Shown: positions 57,601 to 64,000 of the stretch, piece after piece
How the letters are laid out: every line of letters begins with the position of its first letter
How positions within the stretch are numbered: position 1 is the first letter of the stretch
From: a virus
Lineage: Duplodnaviria; Heunggongvirae; Uroviricota; Caudoviricetes
DNA length: 64,000 nt
Strand: one strand, 5' to 3'
IMG/VR virus record: IMGVR_UViG_3300022910_000004
Made by a program: the position numbers and the translations under genes
The notes under the pieces: model-generated
What the model saw: only the letters and a program-made list of their open reading frames with translations
Told to the model about the DNA's origin: nothing
Database searches by the model: none

Positions 57601-57725
57601 TCTAATCGTCTATTAAGCAAAAAAGAAAACTTTAATAAGTTTTCATTCATGCCTGTGCCCCAAGCATTATCCCCATCACTCCATCCCCATTTGGTTTGGA
57701 AGAATGGATCTGTCATTTGTGTCAT
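54639..57725 (-). CDS. long tail fiber protein
   Basis: 1028 aa; extreme Gly/Thr/Ser/Asn content with repeated GxTGxxG segments. Confidence 0.65.
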   Translation of the reverse strand: MTQMTDPFFQTKWGWSDGDNAWGTGMNENLLKFSFLLNRRLDGIVSSISTTPASDGLAYFLTTDNHVYFSGNGVWYNTALPRGFELIMKADESHYEFNGTTLVPSSVSGSVAWADITGKPSTFTPSAHTHIIADVTGLQTALDGKVDVVSGKGLSTEDYTTTEKSKLAGISAGAEANTISSVGAGTASLVSGKVGVDLQIKSLIAGSNISFTQTGDTVTINSSTGGTGVVNSVNGYTGTVVLTNADLGSTPTTRTLTAGNGLTGGGDLSANRTFTLGTPSTISASSTNSVTGTTHTHLLSITAADIGAIDVTTVDTRLGTTGNLGTIALQNANNVTISGGIINGTSIGATTRSTGNFTNVDLNGNLTLSGSAKRILGDFNNATHSNRPLFQTSNANSSTGVGVIPNGTGTSGVFNTYSSSDASNSSLGQFYTDGTNTAISATKTGTGSYLPINFYTSGALRLNIATNGVITSNSKFVTDYTGNGTLTYTDGGMLVKSDSANQPLIGFYKTGAAGAGTLYFDAAGYFQLRGTSGSGGGLKTGSIEVDTSVTAASLNLTSTAPTLIFTDNNSPATSMLAYHSFHDNTNAEVAWMGMGAGNGEMGFSNQSRNIKFLSPVVMNSTLDVAGAITSTNGATFYNATSAVDTLVLNTGATNGVLNLQKGGVSRGLLVWDNTNFRLCDANANNRIVISNGSVQVNGLQGDGANLTNLNASNITSGTLSNSRLAFGISTSSSASTVVQRDGSGDTYQRNVFAVGGYVQASAGGGFLSDVYIANAQNPIWRFASSLGVGLSYFGGSAGYGGNDSIGIHFGTASTAGSAFIFTQAGNYIVGGNITSSGGIFSGNGSGLTSLNASALSSGTVSTSRLPVASTSAYGITQLTNSVTSLTGAIAASDTAVASAYSLAASASNTATTANSKIDTQITTPEQLFQSLGSVSGSVSITASSGVHVIATVNGNTTWTFPSPSTFTRVYALTLELTNGGSYTMTWPAGTRWAGGVAPVLTASGTDILVFTKAGSNAWRGYLSSKDNK

Positions 57726-57743
57726 AGCATCTCTCTTATAATA

Positions 57744-58604
57744 TTAATTTCCAATAGCGAGAAAGCTCACCGCTATTATACTTGGCCCACTTGCATCTCT
57801 GTGAAAGTTTGTAGTGAATCCGTTTTTCGATATGTTGTATGCAGACAAACTTACATCACCACGACCAATAGATTGGGCATAGTTCAAGTTAACCACAAAA
57901 CAATTTGTAGGGAAGCTTAAGCTAGTAAATACATCAGCGTCTTTGTTTGCGTTAATTTGCCCCCATTGCATTCTGAATCCTAACAACCATGAAGGAAACT
58001 GAATGTACCCATTTGAGGCAAGGTTGGCAGAAAACCCTAATTTAAATTTCTTAGGGGTTAAGTATTTATTATCATCAGTTGCAGTAATAGCATCTGAATC
58101 ATCAGCTTTAATTAATCCTGCCGCAGAAGCAGCAGCAGCTTGCGTAGTAGCTGTAAATACATTCTTACCCGCAGTACCACCACCAAGCAACGTTAATAAG
58201 TTATTAGCATTTGGAGAAGAGAGCAAACTTAGAAAATATGAGCTATACAATGAAGCAGCAACAGCACCAGATTTATCTAATGTCTTATGCCATGCAGATT
58301 CAGAAAGATCTGCTACAGGATCTGTTCCAGTATTATCTACTTTACAGATATAAAAATTTCCATCACTCCCTTGCACCCAGCTTTTATTAGCTATATATGG
58401 TGTAGATGCATCCCATAAATTCATACCATGCTGATTGTTGTGCGCAATTGCTTGGTCTTGTTTGTTATCAAGCCAGTTAAACCACTCTCTTGGTGGTTCT
58501 TCAATAATCCAGCCTTGTATAATCTTTGCATCAGATGGAGTTGTTTTAACTCCACCACTACTCCAGATTTTATTTATGTCTGAAGGTTTTGTAATTTCTG
58601 CCAT
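57744..58604 (-). CDS. tail fiber protein, paralog A
   Basis: N-terminal about 100 aa (ITKPSDINKIW...WVQGSDGN.Y.CKV) shared with the adjacent gene; divergent C-terminus. Confidence 0.55.
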   Translation of the reverse strand: MAEITKPSDINKIWSSGGVKTTPSDAKIIQGWIIEEPPREWFNWLDNKQDQAIAHNNQHGMNLWDASTPYIANKSWVQGSDGNFYICKVDNTGTDPVADLSESAWHKTLDKSGAVAASLYSSYFLSLLSSPNANNLLTLLGGGTAGKNVFTATTQAAAASAAGLIKADDSDAITATDDNKYLTPKKFKLGFSANLASNGYIQFPSWLLGFRMQWGQINANKDADVFTSLSFPTNCFVVNLNYAQSIGRGDVSLSAYNISKNGFTTNFHRDASGPSIIAVSFLAIGN

Positions 58605-58616
58605 TACTTTTTCCTA

Positions 58617-59258
58617 TTAAAGTGGGATAACACTATCAAAGAATAAATCGCCACTTGCGCCCGTATTGTATATTTTAACTGTGCCATCAGTACCTATAAG
58701 AGAGTAAGAAGGTCCAGCGCCACTGGCGATGTTGGTTAGAGATGCTCTTCGTGCAGCAGTTGGTCTATAAGCTGTTGGAAGAGTAAAGGTAGTAGTACCG
58801 TCTGTTCTTGTACCACCAGATATAGATCCATAAATATGTAATGAATTATTAAAAAATCTATATCTTAAACTTACGTTAGTCCAAGAGTTGGATAAGGTAG
58901 GAGTTTGTTCAGGACCAGCACCAGTACGATATATTGGAATACCCCAATAAGTAAAAGTAGTATCTGTTGTAGGGTTTTGGTTGGTGTTAGTTACTTTACA
59001 AGGATAGATATTTCCATCACTACCTTGAACCCAACTAGTACCAGCTTGATATTCTGTAACATCATCCCAAATAGGAACACCGTGTTGATTTATATGCGCA
59101 ATTGATTGATCGATTTTATTAATCATCCAATTGAATTGTTGCAGAGTAGGGATCTCTACAATATATCCTAAAGCTATTTTTGCATCGTCTGGAGAATGCT
59201 TGTCACCAGTAGCAGCCCATATTTTATTTATGTCTGAAGGTTTTGTAATATTAGTCAT
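58617..59258 (-). CDS. tail fiber protein, paralog B
   Basis: same conserved N-terminal domain; different C-terminal domain. Confidence 0.55.
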   Translation of the reverse strand: MTNITKPSDINKIWAATGDKHSPDDAKIALGYIVEIPTLQQFNWMINKIDQSIAHINQHGVPIWDDVTEYQAGTSWVQGSDGNIYPCKVTNTNQNPTTDTTFTYWGIPIYRTGAGPEQTPTLSNSWTNVSLRYRFFNNSLHIYGSISGGTRTDGTTTFTLPTAYRPTAARRASLTNIASGAGPSYSLIGTDGTVKIYNTGASGDLFFDSVIPL

Positions 59259-59267
59259 AATTTCTCA

Positions 59268-60068
59268 TTAATACTCTGTAGCTAAATAGCCACCTATGTC
59301 CACTGTAACTGCATCTGTTCCCCAGTTATAGCCGTATAAATACCCATATCCACTAATTACGTTTTCATCCCCAAAGCCCTTGGCATTTGGAACACCCTGA
59401 AATGCAAATACATTGCGTGCATCGTAATGCCCAAAATTAGATTTAACACCAATTGTCTTTGGGATTAATCGTGAAGGGTATCCACTAGAGTAAGAAACAT
59501 AATTAAGTAAAATTCTTTCAAATTTAGAAAGCACTCTACCAAAAAGTAAAGTGAATGATGCAGTGCCCTCTTGCAGTTGTGCAGGCGTATTCTCACCAAA
59601 TAAAAAGTTAACAAACGCAATAAGTTCTTCTGGAGTAGATGCTGTATTATTTTTTAGTATTTTAGCTTTAATAAAAAGTCTGAAAGAATTATCATCTAAA
59701 AGAATGTTTCCTCCAGAGGGTCTTCCATTACTATAGAATGGAGCCCCTGAACCAGCAACACTTAAACTTGAGAACCCACTCAAACCATCTACAGTAAGCC
59801 CCAAAAAAGAGAAAAAATTGTATAGGTCTGCTTGAATAAGTTCTCTATTCTGTCCAACAATTCTTCCAACAATATCTAGTTGTTCACCAACTGCTTCATC
59901 AATACTTCTCATTTGAAGTAGTTGCTTAAACATTTCTTGAACATTTTCTTGCTCCCCAACTAAGAGTTGCAAGTATCTATCGAAGACATCTTTATTTTTA
60001 AATTGTTGAGTAACTTCTAATCTAGCTTCTTCTAGAAAATCGTTTTCAACAATATCTGGTATAGCCAT
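59268..60068 (-). CDS. baseplate wedge/tail fiber attachment protein (gpI-like?)
   Basis: position between gpJ-like and fibers. Confidence 0.35.
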   Translation of the reverse strand: MAIPDIVENDFLEEARLEVTQQFKNKDVFDRYLQLLVGEQENVQEMFKQLLQMRSIDEAVGEQLDIVGRIVGQNRELIQADLYNFFSFLGLTVDGLSGFSSLSVAGSGAPFYSNGRPSGGNILLDDNSFRLFIKAKILKNNTASTPEELIAFVNFLFGENTPAQLQEGTASFTLLFGRVLSKFERILLNYVSYSSGYPSRLIPKTIGVKSNFGHYDARNVFAFQGVPNAKGFGDENVISGYGYLYGYNWGTDAVTVDIGGYLATEY

Positions 60069-60080
60069 TGTGATTTCCTA

Positions 60081-61541
60081 TTAGGTTGTGATATTTATAT
60101 TCACAGACTCAAAGCTAGCTATTGCATTAAAATCTATTGCTATGTTTGCCCCACTACTTGGGGATGGTGAAGTTCCAATATATAAATGATTTACTTGGTG
60201 ACCAAGAACACTATTTATTGGTGTATATAATCTTGATGTAATTACGTCATCGCCCACGTTAAAATTATCAGAGGCATATTTTATAATTGCATTTTGAATA
60301 TCTTCATTCCCTGTTGCAGGATAAACTGTAGGATCTATTGTAAGATCTATATCAACATAAATTGTAACTGGATTTGGAATTTCAAAATAAATTGTATGTT
60401 GAAATCCTTGGCTGTCTAAAATAGTTACAGGAGTATTACCAACAGGCCCAATACCTAAAGGCTTATTTCTCCAAATGGCTTCTGCAATGTCCGGCAGAGA
60501 ACCACCAGTAACAACAGCCATAAAACTATGAGGGGCTAGGTTATACGAGCCTGATAGTGCTAAAGGTTCATCTGTATCGTTTTCATAAACTCTAACATCT
60601 TCTACAGTATCAACAGAGAAAAGGGCAGAGTACAAACTATCAAGGATATTTGAACTTCTTAAGTACTTTGTGTTTCTGAATCTAACTCTCAACTCTTCGT
60701 CTGATTCTCTCACTCTTCCTTCAGCAGCAGCTAATGGGTTTGTTACGCTATCCCATCCTAAAACTGGGGTTTGTATAGTGGTAAGAGTATTTGCTTGTTG
60801 AGAGATAACACCAACTTCATCTGCTTGCAAATTACCAATTTTACTAACTTTAGTAATGGTAATATTATCTGAAGGAGTAAAAGTACTAACTTGGAACGGA
60901 TCTGTTTTAGTAATAACTAAAGTGGTTCCATCAATAGTACTAGTAACTGTTGGATGAGCTGTTAAAATGTTTGAAGATAATCCTGCCAATATTTCAGCAA
61001 CTGTAGCTGACCCATCGGAGGTGTAAGTAATCGTATTTACTGTAGAAGAAGTCGTAGAATAATTTATTGTGTAAGTAAAACTATTTACTGCCACAACACT
61101 GATAGTAATTGCTGAGGCATTGTAATTATTAAGTGCAACACTGCCTACAGTGTAAAATCTATTTCCTGTAGTGGTATCACTAACATAACTATTTGCTGGA
61201 ATCAGTGTACCGTTAGATCCTGAAAATAAACCTAATGCAGTTGATCTCGCTTCTGCTAATCGTGTTATTCCACCATAAGCAACTAAGTTATCTAGTGGTA
61301 TGCCTGTAGCTGTATTAGGATCGAAGGCAGAATAGACGGCTTGTCCTAATTCCCATAGTTGAGCATCACCTACAGAATCTAAATTTATTAGTCTACCAAT
61401 TGTCGAACTATCTGAAGTATCCACAACATCAGTTGGGCCTACCAGATCTTGAAATATGCCTACAGCTCTTGCTCTTTGTTCTGTTAGAATATCTTCTAAA
61501 CGTTTTATGACAAAGCCTGTAGAGGTTACGCCAAAGGCCAT
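60081..61541 (-). CDS. baseplate J-like protein
   Basis: 486 aa following gpW-like gene; N-terminal pattern consistent with Baseplate_J. Confidence 0.5.
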   Translation of the reverse strand: MAFGVTSTGFVIKRLEDILTEQRARAVGIFQDLVGPTDVVDTSDSSTIGRLINLDSVGDAQLWELGQAVYSAFDPNTATGIPLDNLVAYGGITRLAEARSTALGLFSGSNGTLIPANSYVSDTTTGNRFYTVGSVALNNYNASAITISVVAVNSFTYTINYSTTSSTVNTITYTSDGSATVAEILAGLSSNILTAHPTVTSTIDGTTLVITKTDPFQVSTFTPSDNITITKVSKIGNLQADEVGVISQQANTLTTIQTPVLGWDSVTNPLAAAEGRVRESDEELRVRFRNTKYLRSSNILDSLYSALFSVDTVEDVRVYENDTDEPLALSGSYNLAPHSFMAVVTGGSLPDIAEAIWRNKPLGIGPVGNTPVTILDSQGFQHTIYFEIPNPVTIYVDIDLTIDPTVYPATGNEDIQNAIIKYASDNFNVGDDVITSRLYTPINSVLGHQVNHLYIGTSPSPSSGANIAIDFNAIASFESVNINITT

Positions 61542-61551
61542 AAAAGCTCCA

Positions 61552-61914
61552 TTAAGGTGTTGGTGTGATTGTTATGGGGGCTGTAACTTGTCCAGTCTTT
61601 AATCTAACACTGAATGTACAACTATAAACTCTATTGCTTAGAGTAGAGGAGAAGGAAACTATCTCTTTAACAGCTTCCTCTTTTAAAATTTCTTGTTGGT
61701 AAATTAGATCAACATCTGCTTTACCAATCTTGGTGCCGAATATTCGTTGCCAGTAAGGAACTCCATAATTAACATCAAACCCATATTCAGATCTGAAAGT
61801 AAGTAATCTTATGGAAAGCCTCTGAGCTGTAACTTCAGGAGGTTCAATTGTCGCCTTGACCTCCCCATTAATAAACAACAAATCATTGGTTTCTTTGTCT
61901 AAAAGTAAATCCAT
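61552..61914 (-). CDS. baseplate wedge protein gpW/gp25-like
   Basis: DLLFINGEV...RLSIRLLTFRSEYGFDVNYG matches the GPW/gp25 signature. Confidence 0.6.
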   Translation of the reverse strand: MDLLLDKETNDLLFINGEVKATIEPPEVTAQRLSIRLLTFRSEYGFDVNYGVPYWQRIFGTKIGKADVDLIYQQEILKEEAVKEIVSFSSTLSNRVYSCTFSVRLKTGQVTAPITITPTP

Positions 61915-61923
61915 ATTGATCTC

Positions 61924-62661
61924 TTAAATAGGTGTGGATGTAACCGCAGGATCTGTACCAGCCTTAGCAACGAATGGATGAGTGTGATTGATAAGTGATT
62001 TACCACCAGCCTGCACATCCCCAGTGGCAGTGAGTCCACCGTTCAAACTTATATCTCCGTTCCAAGTAGTGTTATCTGCATCTACTGTAAGATTAGGTGT
62101 TTCTATGTGGGCAGATTGAGTAGCGTTAACTTCAGCAGTTTTACAATTGATTACAACACCGCCATTTGACTTTAGTCTAACTTCGACTTCATCAGCAGTT
62201 CCAAGATTATGGACAAGTACTGTATCTTTTGTTGAGTGTGGGTTAGTATGTTTCTTAGGATCGTTAACAGCTTTCTTCTGAGGAAAGAGTCCTAAAATGG
62301 CCATTGCATCTTTCTTATTGAATCTGGCCCAGTTCAATGGGTTAGCTGGTATGCCAGACCCCTGTTTAAAGCTCTCCAGAGCCCTCATAGAGAAGACTAA
62401 GAGAACGGTATCCCCTACGTTCACAGGAAGAATTAAAGCGCTTGTAGAGGTAGCTGGGAAGATATAAGGCACACCCAATATCTGGGGCCTTTCTGTGTGT
62501 GTAGAATCGACATTGGCTATATTAATTAAGGGTTGAACATCTATAAGTTGTTCTGCCTCACTTCTTACAGCAAGTATCACAGCCGGTATAGCTGTGTACA
62601 TGTCTGAAGTATGGAAATTGAAAGCATTGTTTAATACTTCCTGTAAAGAGATATCTCTCAT
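61924..62661 (-). CDS. baseplate central spike (gpV-like)
   Basis: 245 aa; position upstream of gpW; C-terminal Gly-rich with HTH metal-type motif. Confidence 0.45.
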   Translation of the reverse strand: MRDISLQEVLNNAFNFHTSDMYTAIPAVILAVRSEAEQLIDVQPLINIANVDSTHTERPQILGVPYIFPATSTSALILPVNVGDTVLLVFSMRALESFKQGSGIPANPLNWARFNKKDAMAILGLFPQKKAVNDPKKHTNPHSTKDTVLVHNLGTADEVEVRLKSNGGVVINCKTAEVNATQSAHIETPNLTVDADNTTWNGDISLNGGLTATGDVQAGGKSLINHTHPFVAKAGTDPAVTSTPI

Positions 62662-62662
62662 T

Positions 62663-63676
62663 TTAACCCTCTTGTGGGAACTCTAACTCAGGGCTTTGTT
62701 CAGCCTCTTCATCAGCTCTTCTTTCTGCGTCTGTAGAGATGGACTGTAGAACTTGAATATTAGCTTGGGATATTTCTGTCCCTCTGATATCCATGTACCA
62801 ATCATTGCCTCTGTAGTCTCCTGTATATCGGATTTCATCTACGATATACCAGCCCTTAATAATGTCGTCTTCAACTTTAATTATTTGACCACAGATGATC
62901 TCGGTATCAATTAATTTTCTAAACTGAATTCCACGTAACGCTGACTTATCAGTTATGGCTTTTTTGCCTTTATCACCTGTAACCGAAAATACATTATCGA
63001 TAAGACCTGTCTCTTTAGAGATCACAGGGGCATCACCAAAACTCTCATTCCAAGTGGTGCGCTTATTATTAACGTACAAAGTATTTCCATGAGTGTGCCA
63101 CTCTAAACCATAAGTAGCTGCCAACTCATTTAGCATTTGTGTAGGATTACCAGAGAGTGGGTATCCATAAATAACAGAGTTGTTTAAGTTAGTCCCAGAG
63201 AATACTCCACGACTAATCCCCTCTGTATTGGGGGCTCCATTCACTTTTGCTTTAACTTTAAAAGTTTTGAATATTGCTTTAACAACATCCTTAACTGTTT
63301 TGCCAGAAGGGACTAAACCAGACAGTTGGGTTTGAGTAAGGTCTACGTAACCTTCCCCCATAACTATCTGTGTAACTCTATCTGCCCCAACTTTTTTAGT
63401 GCTTGATCTTACGATTTGTCCTGAAAACAATTCTTGCAAGTCACCATCATTGTAAGCAACTTTAAATTGAGCAGCTAAGAAATCGTTATCCTCTAAAATT
63501 TTTACTTCATCATCATTAAGGTTATAAATTTCTATTGCTGCTGAGTTTGTTCTTTGACTGTTATCAGAGGTCCTACTTATATCAAATGTTATTTGATGAT
63601 TCTCTATAAGTAGGCCGTCATTAGAATTAACATCACCTACAATTAAACTGTATTTTCTGTTAATTTGTAATGGCAT
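62663..63676 (-). CDS. baseplate hub protein (candidate)
   Basis: 337 aa preceding the spike gene. Confidence 0.35.
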   Translation of the reverse strand: MPLQINRKYSLIVGDVNSNDGLLIENHQITFDISRTSDNSQRTNSAAIEIYNLNDDEVKILEDNDFLAAQFKVAYNDGDLQELFSGQIVRSSTKKVGADRVTQIVMGEGYVDLTQTQLSGLVPSGKTVKDVVKAIFKTFKVKAKVNGAPNTEGISRGVFSGTNLNNSVIYGYPLSGNPTQMLNELAATYGLEWHTHGNTLYVNNKRTTWNESFGDAPVISKETGLIDNVFSVTGDKGKKAITDKSALRGIQFRKLIDTEIICGQIIKVEDDIIKGWYIVDEIRYTGDYRGNDWYMDIRGTEISQANIQVLQSISTDAERRADEEAEQSPELEFPQEG

Positions 63677-63677
63677 T

Positions 63678-63947
63678 TTAAGTACTCAAATTATAATAAG
63701 ATAGGGTGTAATACTGTCCAAGATTTTCTGGATACAATTTATAATACTCAGTGCTAGGAGAACCTAAGCTCTCAAGCATGAAATACCCATTTAGATCAGG
63801 AATAACATAATCGAAAGTAAGAGGGTAGTAGGGTGTTAGTCCTATACCAGATACAATCAAGTTTCCAACAGAGTCTTTTAAAGACATCATATACAATTGC
63901 ATTTTTTCATTGTAGATAAATACAAGAGTATATGAATTTTGTTCCAA
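63678..63947 (-). CDS. tail/baseplate-associated protein
   Basis: 89-aa ORF; ATGA-type coupling to the hub gene. Confidence 0.3.
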   Translation of the reverse strand: MEQNSYTLVFIYNEKMQLYMMSLKDSVGNLIVSGIGLTPYYPLTFDYVIPDLNGYFMLESLGSPSTEYYKLYPENLGQYYTLSYYNLST

Positions 63948-64000
63948 GGATATTTTATAGGAATAGTAGGGTAGGTCATAAAGCGGACATGAAGTTTGAA

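Noticed and set aside
50441-58620. Plus-strand ORFs inside the minus-strand structural block (50441-50785, 52189-52395, 53062-53289, 53927-54109, 55000-55248, 57696-57920, 58003-58353, 58435-58620, 58905-59105, 59551-59736) and other same-strand overlapping ORFs (28944-29135, 30831-31046, 40458-40655)
   Set aside because: They lie antisense to, or in alternative frames of, long tail/lysis or replication genes and are Ser/Leu/Pro-rich shadow frames; no RBS
1-64000. CRISPR array, reverse transcriptase (retron/DGR), integrase/transposase
   Set aside because: No regularly spaced repeat-spacer pattern; no YxDD RT motif in any long ORF; no tyrosine or serine recombinase motifs. The tail-fiber region shows no template/variable repeat pair.

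Overview
Interpretation (inference from content, not a database hit): a 64-kb piece of an AT-rich (about 35% GC) tailed-phage genome. The gene set resembles Felix-O1-like myoviruses. Positions 1-48800 are a densely packed plus-strand block of early/middle genes. It starts with many small ORFs of unknown function (several membrane proteins and lipoproteins) and contains one tRNA-Arg(UCU). Identifiable products include an ATP-dependent DNA ligase, a TARG1/DarG-like macro domain, a Pol-beta-fold nucleotidyltransferase and a Prs-like plus Nampt-like pair (NAD+ salvage/reconstitution). Further downstream are an SPFH protein, a Thg1-like tRNA-His guanylyltransferase, a T7-gp4-like primase-helicase, a family-A DNA polymerase, an SSB with a DDDSPF tail, a T7-gp6-like exonuclease and an HNH/EndoVII-like nuclease. 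A nucleotide-metabolism operon follows: metallophosphoesterase, dNMP kinase, HAD 5'-nucleotidase, a ThyX-like protein, NrdA and NrdB. A hairpin at 48803-48832 separates this block from a minus-strand structural/lysis block (48861-63947). That block encodes baseplate proteins (hub, gpV-like spike, gpW/gp25-like, gpJ-like), two paralogous tail fibers, a 1028-aa Gly-rich long fiber, an SGNH-esterase tail spike, a SAR (signal-anchor-release) endolysin and an overlapped i-/o-spanin pair with a candidate holin. The most unusual items are: (1) a 900-bp TAG/CTATAG-rich non-coding region carrying helically phased AAAATATCWATA iterons beside a divergently oriented winged-helix gene (candidate origin/regulatory hub); (2) a contiguous ADP-ribose/NAD+ island (macro - HExxH - NTase - Prs-like - Zn-ribbon - Nampt-like); (3) a 400-nt highly structured non-coding region upstream of an HNH endonuclease gene; (4) a GC-rich (about 48%) foreign gene flanked by a perfect 16-bp direct repeat that also duplicates the C-terminal codons; (5) a primase zinc-finger domain that lies upstream of the first ATG of its ORF. 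No CRISPR array, reverse transcriptase or integrase was seen. Coordinates and motif-level evidence were read directly from the sequence. Family assignments rest on motif recognition from memory and need HMM/BLAST confirmation.
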